DNA of 45,099 nt, taken from the sequence record OZ035753.1, one strand, 5' to 3'. Numbering within the stretch: the first letter of the stretch is position 1; each line of letters begins with the position of its first letter. The stretch is from Dhillonvirus LF50P3. Positions 1 to 8,868 of this stretch are shown piece by piece. The notes under the pieces are model-generated. The model was not told the origin of the DNA and did not search any database. It saw only the letters and a list, made by a program, of their open reading frames with translations. The position numbers were made by a program, and so were the translations under genes.

Positions 1-8
1 CGGCGCAT

Positions 9-581
9 ATGAACAAAAGGGCTTATATCATGGCAGAAATCAAAGTTAAGGGCCGACGCGCCAAACTGGACGGACGAGTAGCAGTAACCCCTCGCCGTAA
101 ACCAGGCGAGCAAACCGAGCATACCAATCTCGGACCTGAAATCGAGTACGGCAAGCGCCGTAAAGGCGGCAAATGTGGACGCCCTACTGACTACCGATCC
201 GTTTACTGCGACCAGCTTCGCCGCTATTTTGCCGATGCCGACGCCTGGCAGGTCAATTACTCCGACAAGGGGGCCGCGCAGGTAATACCGCGCAACAAAA
301 TGCCAACCTTCGGCAGATTTGCCGCGGAAATAGGTGTGGGCGTCGCTTGCCTGTATCGCTGGGCGCGCGCACATGAGGAGTTCGCCGAGGCGATGGCGGA
401 CGCGATGGAGTTGCAGAAAACATTCCTGATGGAAGCTGGCGGCGTAACCATCGCGGCGGGCTTCGCCACGTTCCTGCTTAAAGCCAACCACGGCGTCCGC
501 GACGATACCCCACTGGAAGACGACGAAGATGATAACGGCGACGTCGTCGTCGAACCTACCGGCAAAGGCCAGGGCGAATAA
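9..581 (+). CDS. terminase small subunit (putative)
   Basis: 190-aa ORF directly upstream of the large terminase with an overlapping stop/start junction at 581; HTH-like segment FGRFAAEIGVGVACLYRWARAHEEF and acidic C-terminus; call is mainly positional. True start may be upstream of the window or at the internal Met (MAEIKVKG). Confidence 0.55.
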   Translation: MNKRAYIMAEIKVKGRRAKLDGRVAVTPRRKPGEQTEHTNLGPEIEYGKRRKGGKCGRPTDYRSVYCDQLRRYFADADAWQVNYSDKGAAQVIPRNKMPTFGRFAAEIGVGVACLYRWARAHEEFAEAMADAMELQKTFLMEAGGVTIAAGFATFLLKANHGVRDDTPLEDDEDDNGDVVVEPTGKGQGE

Positions 582-1966
582 TGCGTAACTATGCGGCAGA
601 ACATCGCGCACTGGAACGCGCGATCGCAAAGCGAAATCGACCGCCGCGCCCGACACGCGTTGCGCAGGCAGTCCGCCTTTACCAGCCTGATTGTCTTCCG
701 CACCAGGTGGAACTACTGCGGGACACTAAGACTAAAATCCTCGGTCTGTGTTCCGGCTTCGGTGGTGGTAAGTCATGGGTTGCGGCACGTAAGGTCATCC
801 AGCTTCTGACACTGAACCCTGGTCATGACGGCATCGTGACCGAGCCGACTATCCCACTCCTGGTTAAAATCATGTATCCGGAACTGGAGAAGGCATTCGA
901 CGAGGCAGGCTTCCGGTGGAAGTTCAACAAGCAGGACAAGATCTATAGCGTTCTGGTGAAAGGCAAATGGACTCGCGTTATCTGTGAGTCGATGGAGAAC
1001 TATACCCGCCTGATCGGGGTTAACGCCGCGTGGATTGTTGCCGATGAGTTCGACACCACGAAGCAAGTCGTCGCAATGGCGGCATACCACAAATTGCTAG
1101 GTCGTCTGCGTGCGGGCGTGGTCCGTCAGTTTGTCATCGTATCCACGCCGGAAGGCTTCCGGGCAATGTATCAAATTTTCGAGGTGGAGAAAGACAACCA
1201 GAAACGCTTGATCCGGGCGAAGACCACGGACAACCACCATTTACCGGCAGACTTTATCGACACGCTGCGCAGTCAGTACCCGTCTAACCTGATTGATGCG
1301 TACTTGAACGGCCTGTTTGTTAACCTTACGTCGGGCGCGGTGTACAAGATGTTCAACCGGGAGGAGAACGCCAGCACCGAAGAAGTGCAGCCGGAAGACA
1401 CGCTGATTATCGGTATGGACTTTAACGTCACGAAGATGGCGGCGGTCGTGTACGTCAGACGGCAGCGCATCACCGAAAACAAGGAGTTCCGCGACGAGAT
1501 CCACGCAGTGGATGAATTTGTGGACCTGTTTGACACCCCGGCTATGATTGAGGCGATCGAGGAGCGCTACCCGGAACATTGTGCCGCCGGTAGGGTCGTC
1601 GTTTACCCGGATAGCAGCGGCAAATCCCGCAAGACGGTCAACGCGTCGTCGTCCGATATCGCACAACTGGAAGACGCTGGCTTCGAGGTGGAGTATGACA
1701 GCGTTAACCCGCCTGTGAAAGACCGACTGATCGCGATGAATACGATGATGTGCAACTCGAAGGGCGTGCGCCAGTATTTTGTCAACCTGGATAAATGCCC
1801 TACACTAGCGAAATGTCTGGAACAGCAGGTGTACGACCTGAAGAAAGGCGAACCGGATAAAACGGCCGGGGTGGACCACATGAATGATGCAGCGGGCTAT
1901 CCAATTGCGCACCTGTTCCCAGTGATTCGTCCGATCGCCGTTGTTCCAACTGTAGACTTCTACTAA
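581..1966 (+). CDS. terminase large subunit
   Basis: 461-aa ORF with Walker A-like LCSGFGGGKSW in the N-terminal ATPase half and an acidic nuclease-like C-terminal half; sits between small terminase and portal. Confidence 0.85.
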   Translation: MRNYAAEHRALERAIAKRNRPPRPTRVAQAVRLYQPDCLPHQVELLRDTKTKILGLCSGFGGGKSWVAARKVIQLLTLNPGHDGIVTEPTIPLLVKIMYPELEKAFDEAGFRWKFNKQDKIYSVLVKGKWTRVICESMENYTRLIGVNAAWIVADEFDTTKQVVAMAAYHKLLGRLRAGVVRQFVIVSTPEGFRAMYQIFEVEKDNQKRLIRAKTTDNHHLPADFIDTLRSQYPSNLIDAYLNGLFVNLTSGAVYKMFNREENASTEEVQPEDTLIIGMDFNVTKMAAVVYVRRQRITENKEFRDEIHAVDEFVDLFDTPAMIEAIEERYPEHCAAGRVVVYPDSSGKSRKTVNASSSDIAQLEDAGFEVEYDSVNPPVKDRLIAMNTMMCNSKGVRQYFVNLDKCPTLAKCLEQQVYDLKKGEPDKTAGVDHMNDAAGYPIAHLFPVIRPIAVVPTVDFY

Positions 1967-1976
1967 GGAAACGAAC

Positions 1977-3497
1977 ATGACCGTTAACGTTGACAACCAG
2001 CACCCCCTCTATGCGCGCATCGCGCCAGAGTGGAAAATGATCCGGGATTGTGTAGCAGGGGAGCGCGCTGTGAAGGCGTGCGGCCCTTTGTACCTGCCAC
2101 ATCCTGCCAGCGGCGACAATACTGACCCGAAATCACGGGCGCGGTATAAGGCGTATAAGCAACGCGCTGTATTCCTGAACGCCACCGCCCGCACACTTAA
2201 CGCGCTGTTAGGCGTTGCCTTTGCTAAACCGGTAAGTCTGGACCTTTCCGGGGCGATGGCTGACCTGATTGACGACGTAGACGGCAGCGGCATGCCGCTG
2301 CCGCAACTCCTGCGCGGTGCTATGTCTGAAGTTCTGCAATCAGGCCGTGCGGGCTTTATGGTCGACTACGACCGCCAGGCGCATTTTGATGAACTGGGTA
2401 ATGTTGTGCCGCAGACAGCCGCCGAGATGGCGTCACACCGCCCGCTTATCCGCCTGTACACGGCAGAACAGATCATCAACTGGCGGCAGACCCACGGCGT
2501 CGATACACTAATTGTGCTGAAGGAAACGGACGAAATCAGCACCGAAGACCCGGACGACTTCGCAAACCACGAAGTAACAATCTGGACCGAGCTTCGCATG
2601 ATTAACGGTGCGGCACACGCCCGCCGCTGGTACTACAACGCGGACACGTCCGAGGTGCAAATGGATTTGCCGCGTGGATTCACCCGCACCGACCTGGTGC
2701 CGCTGGTGGATGCCGCCGGTAATGCGCTGACACAACTTCCGTTTTGCTGGTGTGGTGCGGTGGACAACAACGCAACGCCAGACGCCGCTCCGCTGGCGGA
2801 TATCGCATCCATCAACATTAAGCACTACAACGCCGAAGCTGACGTCGCCGAGATTGCGCACATCGTGGGCCAGCCTACCCTGGTGGCAACGGGCTTGACT
2901 CAATCATGGGCAGACAAGAACCTGAAGGGCGGCATTGCCCTCGGTGCGACTAAGGGCGTTATCCTGGGCCAGAACATGGACGCTAAACTGATTCAGGCGG
3001 AGGAGCGCAACTTGTCGGTTGCACTGTGTGAGCGTCGCGAATTGCAAATGGCTAAACTTGGCGCGGCCCTGGTCGAGAAGGGGACCGCACCTAAGACGGC
3101 AACCGAGGCGGCCTATGATGCGCAGACTGATAACAGTATCCTGTCGCTTATTGCCGGTAACGTTGAGAAGGCTTTCAACCGTGCGCTGCAAATCGTGCAG
3201 CTATTCACAGGCGACACCGCCGACCAGCGCGTAACGCTGAATAAGTTTTACACCGAGATCACGGTGGACGCACAGCTTATGACCGCGATGATGGCAGGTG
3301 TGCAGACTGGTACTGTCCGTCTGGCGGACTTTATCAAGTGGATGATGGCCCAGGGCGTCATTGATGACTCGCAAACCGTCGAGCAGGTGGAAGACGAACT
3401 GCGAAATCAGAATCCATTGCCTCAAATGTCCCCGGATGCGGTAGAATCTACCGAAGAAGACCCGGACAAGGTAGCGGACAATGGCGAAGACAATTAA
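1977..3497 (+). CDS. portal protein
   Basis: 506-aa ORF immediately after the large terminase, acidic C-terminal tail, RBS AAGGAAACGAAC before the ATG; size and position typical of portal proteins. Confidence 0.8.
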   Translation: MTVNVDNQHPLYARIAPEWKMIRDCVAGERAVKACGPLYLPHPASGDNTDPKSRARYKAYKQRAVFLNATARTLNALLGVAFAKPVSLDLSGAMADLIDDVDGSGMPLPQLLRGAMSEVLQSGRAGFMVDYDRQAHFDELGNVVPQTAAEMASHRPLIRLYTAEQIINWRQTHGVDTLIVLKETDEISTEDPDDFANHEVTIWTELRMINGAAHARRWYYNADTSEVQMDLPRGFTRTDLVPLVDAAGNALTQLPFCWCGAVDNNATPDAAPLADIASINIKHYNAEADVAEIAHIVGQPTLVATGLTQSWADKNLKGGIALGATKGVILGQNMDAKLIQAEERNLSVALCERRELQMAKLGAALVEKGTAPKTATEAAYDAQTDNSILSLIAGNVEKAFNRALQIVQLFTGDTADQRVTLNKFYTEITVDAQLMTAMMAGVQTGTVRLADFIKWMMAQGVIDDSQTVEQVEDELRNQNPLPQMSPDAVESTEEDPDKVADNGEDN

Positions 3498-4584
3498 TCA
3501 ACATTTGGCGGATCGAATGATTCGCCGTCACATCTTCACCCAGCGCCTGAGCAATGACCAGGCGCGGAGGGTGCTGGCTATGTGGGAGAAGTTCAGACCC
3601 TCGTTACTTGGTAAGCTGACCGAGTTGCTTGATGGCAAAAAATCCATGAATAACAGGGCACTTTCCACGCTGTTAACGCAACTCGACAAGACCGTTAAAG
3701 CAGAATTGCGCACCGAGTTTAAGGCGTTGGCTGAAAGCCTTCAGGAGTTTGCCGACACCGAGGCTGATTATCTTGCCGATACATTAACGGCAGCGATCCA
3801 GCCCGCGGTCGCCGTACCGGCTGTCGAGGTGGTGGGTGTTGTGACCGGCGCGCAGATCGCAGCGACGGCAATGAAAAACCCGTTCCAGGGAAACACCATG
3901 ATGCAGTGGCCTGATTCACTTTCCGAGTGGACCCGGACGCAGATCGGCAATCAGGTGCGCGCGGGATTCATCCAGGGCAAGCCGACTATGGAAATTATTG
4001 CGGACGTGAGGCGCGCGCTAGGCGGTCGTAGTGCGCAAGCAATCTCAAGCGTTGTTAAGTCCGCGGTCAACCACTATGCGGCGACCGCCCGCGAATTAAT
4101 GGTAAAAGCTAATGACGATATTCTCGAAGGACGCCAATGGTTGGCTACATTGGACACGCATACTTCTCCCATGTGCCAGCTACGCGATCGCCTGTTTTAT
4201 CCAGTTGATGTTACTCCCGACACAAAAGGGAAGCGCGGCGGGAAAATGGTGGCGGGATCACAATATGGCGCTGGTCCGGGCAAGCTACATTATTGCTGCC
4301 GGTCTACGGAGACGTGGAAAGTCAAAGGCATGGAAGATTGGCCCAGTGGTAAGCGTCCGGCACTGAAGGCTGACGCGGGTCGATTGCTTAGTGAGCAGGT
4401 CGACGCGCAGACTGATTTCTTCTCCTGGGTGCAGCGCCAGCCTCGCCATATTCTGGAGGAATTATATGGGGTGCAGCGCGCCGATCAGATTATGCGCGGC
4501 GTGAAAGTGCCGAAGATGTTCACCGATACTGGCGAACTAATGACTATTGCACAGCTTAAAAACCGGGGGTTATGGCGTGATTAA
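3481..4584 (+). CDS. minor head protein, Mu F-like / SPP1 gp7-like head morphogenesis protein
   Basis: 367-aa ORF overlapping the portal stop; contains the characteristic segment WLATLDTHTSPMCQLRDRLFYP of the phage Mu F head-morphogenesis family. Confidence 0.7.
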   Translation: MAKTINQHLADRMIRRHIFTQRLSNDQARRVLAMWEKFRPSLLGKLTELLDGKKSMNNRALSTLLTQLDKTVKAELRTEFKALAESLQEFADTEADYLADTLTAAIQPAVAVPAVEVVGVVTGAQIAATAMKNPFQGNTMMQWPDSLSEWTRTQIGNQVRAGFIQGKPTMEIIADVRRALGGRSAQAISSVVKSAVNHYAATARELMVKANDDILEGRQWLATLDTHTSPMCQLRDRLFYPVDVTPDTKGKRGGKMVAGSQYGAGPGKLHYCCRSTETWKVKGMEDWPSGKRPALKADAGRLLSEQVDAQTDFFSWVQRQPRHILEELYGVQRADQIMRGVKVPKMFTDTGELMTIAQLKNRGLWRD

Positions 4585-4906
4585 GTATGCAGCGATTGGG
4601 CTGGTTATCGGTCTGGTGGTAGGATTCTGGCTAGGTGACTCCTATCGCGCTGGCGTAGTGGCGGAGGCGGCGCAAGAAGCGCAAGCAGAAGCCCAACGGC
4701 AGCAAACTAAAGTTATTGAGCGCTCCGTGCAGGCCGAACAAGCCCGCGACGTAGAATACCGGACTATCACGAAAGAGGTTGTTAAATATGTTACGCGCCC
4801 TAACCGCCCTGATTGTAGTTTTGATGCTGAGCGCGTGCGGATCAAGCAACGTGCCGTTGATGCCGCTAACGGAGTCGGCACTGCGACCGCCGTGCAAGTT
4901 CGATAA
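4547..4906 (+). CDS. i-spanin (Rz-like), putative
   Basis: N-terminal hydrophobic helix IKYAAIGLVIGLVVGFWLG followed by an Ala/Gln/Glu-rich coiled-coil-like segment; an out-of-frame lipoprotein ORF overlaps its 3' end, the classic overlapped spanin arrangement. Start could be ATG 4547 or GTG 4577. Confidence 0.55.
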   Translation: MHSLKTGGYGVIKYAAIGLVIGLVVGFWLGDSYRAGVVAEAAQEAQAEAQRQQTKVIERSVQAEQARDVEYRTITKEVVKYVTRPNRPDCSFDAERVRIKQRAVDAANGVGTATAVQVR

Positions 4907-5018
4907 CCCGTCCGCGGACCCCGACGAAGATTTGATGATTGACGTGAAAAATATGGAATGCGGCGCGAAGCTAAGGGCGCAAGTGCTGGATTTGCAGAAA
5001 ATAATTCGGGGGCTGTGA
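4779..5018 (+). CDS. o-spanin lipoprotein (Rz1-like), putative
   Basis: Signal peptide plus lipobox LRALTALIVVLMLSAC-GSS; short proline-containing mature part; starts inside the i-spanin ORF in the +1 frame and extends past it. Confidence 0.55.
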   Translation: MLNMLRALTALIVVLMLSACGSSNVPLMPLTESALRPPCKFDNPSADPDEDLMIDVKNMECGAKLRAQVLDLQKIIRGL

Positions 5019-5030
5019 TGGCCCCCTTTT
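5008..5030. terminator. bidirectional intrinsic terminator between convergent genes
   Basis: GGGGGC-tgtgatg-GCCCCC stem-loop followed by TTTT; lies between the o-spanin stop (5016–5018, inside the loop) and the stop of the minus-strand gene at 5032. Confidence 0.6.
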
Positions 5031-5031
5031 G

Positions 5032-5796
5032 TTAGCGCGGAATACCGCAGATTTCGTTTAACGTCTTCACGTCCAGCGCCACCGCCGTGGATTTAGGCTT
5101 GTCCGGGTATGGAATGAATTGTTCCACTTCAGGCCACGCCTTGATCAGCTTCTTATCGGTATTGTGCATATCCAGCACGCCGGTAACGGTTAGTTTGAAC
5201 GCGTCATACGTCGCGCGCAATTCGCGGCGGGCCTTGTCGTTACGGTCCAGGCGCTTGCAGAAATCATGATCCGCCGGGAAATCTGCACGACAGCGCGGCT
5301 TATAGATCGGCAGCGCTTTCCCATCCTCGTCCACTTCGCACACAGAAGCCAGCATTACTTCTTCGTACCCAGGTACAATATCGCCGAGATCGGGAGATAG
5401 CGTATTCATGTATTTATATTCCCAGTATCCGCGATGTACTCGGTATTGTAGTCCGTCACCGCTCAATGACAGTGTGCGCACATTTCCGCCTGCGTTGATT
5501 TCGAAAGTGGCGTCGTAAACTCTGCCGATGCCTTTTGGGCGGTCAGCGTTATAACTATACGTCGCCTTGTTGGTGTATACGCTTACTCCGTACATCTGCG
5601 ACGGGTCATCGCCGATTGCTTTAATGCGCGCGAGTAGCTCGGCGAAAGTGCGAATTCCTTCCGGCATACAGTCCAGCGTAATGGCGTACGCCAGGTCGCG
5701 CGAGTCCATCATGATGGATTTGGCTTCGGTCGCGATTTCGTGGTCGCGCAGGATGTTAGCCAGAATCTGGTTTTTAATGTCTTTTGTAAGTCTCAT
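5032..5796 (-). CDS. hypothetical protein encoded opposite to the structural operon
   Basis: 254-aa ORF starting MRLTKDIKNQ with RBS GAGGA 8 nt upstream. The six-frame ORF extends to 6243 but that N-terminal part is low-complexity antisense of the scaffold gene and was trimmed. Own promoter-like element upstream and terminator downstream. Confidence 0.6.
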   Translation of the reverse strand: MRLTKDIKNQILANILRDHEIATEAKSIMMDSRDLAYAITLDCMPEGIRTFAELLARIKAIGDDPSQMYGVSVYTNKATYSYNADRPKGIGRVYDATFEINAGGNVRTLSLSGDGLQYRVHRGYWEYKYMNTLSPDLGDIVPGYEEVMLASVCEVDEDGKALPIYKPRCRADFPADHDFCKRLDRNDKARRELRATYDAFKLTVTGVLDMHNTDKKLIKAWPEVEQFIPYPDKPKSTAVALDVKTLNEICGIPR

Positions 5797-5825
5797 TTTT
5801 GCGTCCTCGTTGTTGGTGTGCAACC

Positions 5826-5854
5826 AATATATGCAACCAATACGCGGATTGCAA
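5826..5854 (-). promoter_or_regulatory. sigma70-like promoter candidate for the 5032–5796 gene
   Basis: Read on the minus strand: TTGCAA, 17-nt spacer containing TTGGTTGCA, TATATT, then GGTTGCACACCAAC...GAGGAC...ATG. Nearly the same promoter and leader recur at 40380–40436. Confidence 0.45.
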
Positions 5855-5944
5855 GCGAATTTTGCGATTATTTTTATCACTGATAATATTAGAGGCGTGA
5901 AGTCGAGCGGGTGGCCCGCTCTGCCACAATCCCAGGGGGATAGC

Positions 5945-6649
5945 ATGAAACTTACTAAAGCAGAATATGACGCGTTGCCGGAAGGTATGAAGGCGCTTTT
6001 TGTTGCCGATGGCGACGGGTATAAATCAACGTTCATGACCGCTGAAGAAGTACAGGCGGAAATCAAGGGTCTGAAAGACAACAACGCGAAGCTGGTGAGC
6101 GAGAAGAAAGCAGAAGCCGAACGCCGCGCCGAAGCTGAGCGCCTTGCGAAAGAGAAAGAGGAAGCCGCCGCGCGCAAAAATGGCGACCTCGAAGCGATCG
6201 ACAAGTCCTGGAAAGATAAGTTTGCTAAACACGAAGCAGACACAGCGGGAAAAATCGAAGCCTACCGCAAGCAGATCCACGATCTAACCATCGGCAGCGC
6301 TGCCAAAGACCTGGCATCGAAGCTATTCGGTAAGAATGCGGGCATCATGCAACGCCACGTAATGGATCGTCTGACGCTGGAAGACGGCGAAGACGGCAGC
6401 TTGAAAGTGCGTGTCTTGCAGGATGGCAAACCGTCCGCGCTGACTATGGAAGAGTTAGAAAAAGAGTTCCGTAATAACGCCGATTTTGCATCCGTCCTGG
6501 CGGGCACGCCAGCCGGTGGTGCGCCTAGCAAACCGACGCAGGTTGTCGAAGATGTGAAGTCGAAAATCACTATGGGCCACAGCTTCGGTATCACTGACCT
6601 TACGAAACAGGCAGGTGAAATCATCGCTAAGATGGGCGACGACGAGTAA
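5945..6649 (+). CDS. head scaffolding protein (putative)
   Basis: 234-aa ORF from MKLTKAEYDALPEG with RBS AGGGGGA; Lys/Glu/Ala-rich coiled-coil-like segment AEAERRAEAERLAKEKEEAAARK; directly upstream of the major capsid gene. Confidence 0.6.
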   Translation: MKLTKAEYDALPEGMKALFVADGDGYKSTFMTAEEVQAEIKGLKDNNAKLVSEKKAEAERRAEAERLAKEKEEAAARKNGDLEAIDKSWKDKFAKHEADTAGKIEAYRKQIHDLTIGSAAKDLASKLFGKNAGIMQRHVMDRLTLEDGEDGSLKVRVLQDGKPSALTMEELEKEFRNNADFASVLAGTPAGGAPSKPTQVVEDVKSKITMGHSFGITDLTKQAGEIIAKMGDDE

Positions 6650-6746
6650 GCAGATTGCCCGCGAAAGCGGGCAATTTTGCGAGCGCGTAAATCTAAGGTA
6701 ACATTAACGTCACTGGGCGAATGCTCACAACTCAAAGGATTTCGAT

Positions 6747-7847
6747 ATGTCTTTAACAGTGTTCCAGCGTAAACTCGTTACCGCGGTTACGCAAATGATC
6801 CCCGACAACCTGAACGTATTCAACGCTGCCGCCAATGGCGCTGTTGTTCTCGGTACTGGTGAAGTGCTGAAGGATGTTATTGAGAAAATGTCCGTAGGCT
6901 TGATCGCCAACCTCGTTACCGACCGTAACGCCTACGCCCCTGTCGGCACTCCGGCAACCGCTAAAGTGCTGGCGCGTATGCTGACCAACTCCGTTAACCT
7001 ATCCGCGAAAGTGGGTCCGGTAGCAATCACTAAGGCTATGATGGCTAAGATCGAAACCAACGTTAACAGCGTTGCGGCTGAGATTGCGGCACAGGCTACT
7101 CAAGCGATTATGCTGCACTACCTGAAAGCTGGTATCGGCGCAAGTAAAGCGGCGATCGAAAGCAACGCAGCGGCAAAATACACCCAACCGGCGCGCGTTG
7201 ACGGCGTTGGCGGTCGTACCTTCCCGACCCTGGCAGACTTCCCGCTGGCGGCTTCTAAGTTCGGCGATCAGGCGTCTTTGATTAAGTCTTGGTTTATGGA
7301 CGGCGTTACCTGGGCAAACTTCATTGCGTACCAGGCACTCCCTTCCGCTGAACAGGTATTCGCAATTGGCGATCTCCAGGTAATGGGTGATGGCCTGGGC
7401 CGTCGCTTCATTATCTCCGATGCCGCTGCCGATGCTATGGGGGCGGGTAACATGCTGGGTCTGGTCCCTGGCGCGGTTGCAGTTACCACCAACGGCCTCG
7501 ATATGCTGGCGCAGGAGAAAGGCGGTAACGAGAACATCGAGCGCTGGTGGCAGGGCGAGTTCGACTTCAACGTGGCTGTTAAAGGCTACCGTCTGAAGGC
7601 GTCCGCTCGTACCCCGATCGAAGGCGTCCGCTCGTTCAAGCTGGACGATATCACCACTTCCGCTAACTGGGAACTGGACCAGGGTCAGGTAGACAACGCA
7701 CCGGCAACCGTGCAGGACGTTGGCGCTGTTGGTGATGGCGATACTAAAGGCCGTCGTAAGACCCAGGCCGCACAGGCAGTGCCTACCCGCCACATCAAGG
7801 AAACCGCTGGCGTACTGGTTACGCTGACGGCGACTACCGCGTCTTAA
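6747..7847 (+). CDS. major capsid protein
   Basis: 366-aa ORF after the scaffold gene, RBS AAAGGA, followed by a strong intrinsic terminator as expected for a highly expressed structural gene; size typical. Confidence 0.8.
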   Translation: MSLTVFQRKLVTAVTQMIPDNLNVFNAAANGAVVLGTGEVLKDVIEKMSVGLIANLVTDRNAYAPVGTPATAKVLARMLTNSVNLSAKVGPVAITKAMMAKIETNVNSVAAEIAAQATQAIMLHYLKAGIGASKAAIESNAAAKYTQPARVDGVGGRTFPTLADFPLAASKFGDQASLIKSWFMDGVTWANFIAYQALPSAEQVFAIGDLQVMGDGLGRRFIISDAAADAMGAGNMLGLVPGAVAVTTNGLDMLAQEKGGNENIERWWQGEFDFNVAVKGYRLKASARTPIEGVRSFKLDDITTSANWELDQGQVDNAPATVQDVGAVGDGDTKGRRKTQAAQAVPTRHIKETAGVLVTLTATTAS

Positions 7848-7865
7848 TCGACGCACATCCCAAAT

Positions 7866-7890
7866 GGGCGGGCATAAGCCCGCCTTTTTT
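7866..7890 (+). terminator. intrinsic terminator after the major capsid gene
   Basis: GGGCGGGC-ataa-GCCCGCC stem-loop followed by TTTTTT. Confidence 0.7.
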
Positions 7891-7905
7891 ATAGGAGCAA
7901 ATAAG

Positions 7906-8406
7906 ATGTATGGCGACCCGCAAACCTTTGTTGTTTATGCCGCTGCGCGAGGCGTTGAAATTACGCAGAGCGACGCAACGCGACACCTTACCATTGTTAA
8001 TGACTTCCTTAACGGCATCAACTGGATCGGCGAACAGGCGGACCAGACAGGGATAGACGCATGGCCCCGCATCAATTACCCATCGGACGGGAAGCCGGTG
8101 CAAAACACGCTTACTGAAGATTTGGCAGTAGTTCCCGCTGGGCAGATTGTAGACTTCGCATCAATCCCTGTTGCCGTTGAGCAAGCCGTTTACCGGCTGG
8201 CAATGTTGGTGGCGGACGATGTTGATATTTCTCCGATCGGCGATGGCAAGGAGACTATCCGCGAAACTGTAGGCCCGATCACGATGGAGTATGACCCTGC
8301 GTCGATTGGTAGCGGGGTATCGTTCCCGTGGTGGGATGGCTTGTTAGGGCACTGGGTTGATTCTGGCGGCAACGCCGCAGGCAATTTCGACGTATTCAGG
8401 GGGTAA
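7906..8406 (+). CDS. hypothetical structural protein (head completion/connector region)
   Basis: In-frame ATG at 7906 preceded by RBS AGGAG; the listed start at 7864 lies inside the terminator hairpin and was rejected. Confidence 0.5.
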   Translation: MYGDPQTFVVYAAARGVEITQSDATRHLTIVNDFLNGINWIGEQADQTGIDAWPRINYPSDGKPVQNTLTEDLAVVPAGQIVDFASIPVAVEQAVYRLAMLVADDVDISPIGDGKETIRETVGPITMEYDPASIGSGVSFPWWDGLLGHWVDSGGNAAGNFDVFRG

Positions 8407-8513
8407 TATGAATCCTGCATTACTCGCGGCGATAATCGCCGCCAACGCTAAACGGCAACCAGAACAAGAACCGGAGCCAGAACCAGTACCACCGTCACAG
8501 GAGAGCGAAGAAG

Positions 8514-8867
8514 ATGGCGGGCTTTAATTACGCAGGATTAAAGCGGAAAGTGAATCCGCTGATTAAAAAATTCGGCATGACCGTTACGGTTACGCGTCCG
8601 GGATCGGTTGACCGCGTAGACGGCGACGAAGTGGTAATCCCGCCAACGTCGTTTGACGTCATCGGTCTTCGCGAGGAGTACAAGCCCAGCGAGATCGACG
8701 GAACGCGTATCGTTGCCGGTGATGTGAAGTTTTTATGTCGGGCGGTTGAGCAATTGCGGGTGGGCGACCTGGTTAACCTGAACGGCACTGACTACCGGGT
8801 CGTCAACCCCAACCCCCTGCAACCGGCGGGCACTACCATGCTGTTTCAACTACAGCTAAGGGGCTAA
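8514..8867 (+). CDS. hypothetical structural protein (head-tail joining region)
   Basis: 117-aa ORF in the tightly packed block between capsid and tail genes; no recognisable motif. Confidence 0.45.
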   Translation: MAGFNYAGLKRKVNPLIKKFGMTVTVTRPGSVDRVDGDEVVIPPTSFDVIGLREEYKPSEIDGTRIVAGDVKFLCRAVEQLRVGDLVNLNGTDYRVVNPNPLQPAGTTMLFQLQLRG

Positions 8868-8868
8868 C

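Noticed and set aside
5797-6243. N-terminal extension of the listed minus-strand ORF 5032–6243.
   Set aside because: This part is low-complexity (Ser/Ala/Phe-rich) antisense of the plus-strand scaffold gene and runs through the promoter region; the gene was trimmed to the RBS-preceded ATG at 5796.
8408-8527. Unlisted 39-codon ORF (MNPALLAAIIAANAKRQPEQEPEPEPVPPSQESEEDGGL) between the structural genes at 7906–8406 and 8514–8867.
   Set aside because: Plausible from tight packing, but short, low-complexity and overlapping the next gene start by 14 nt; not reported as a feature without expression evidence.
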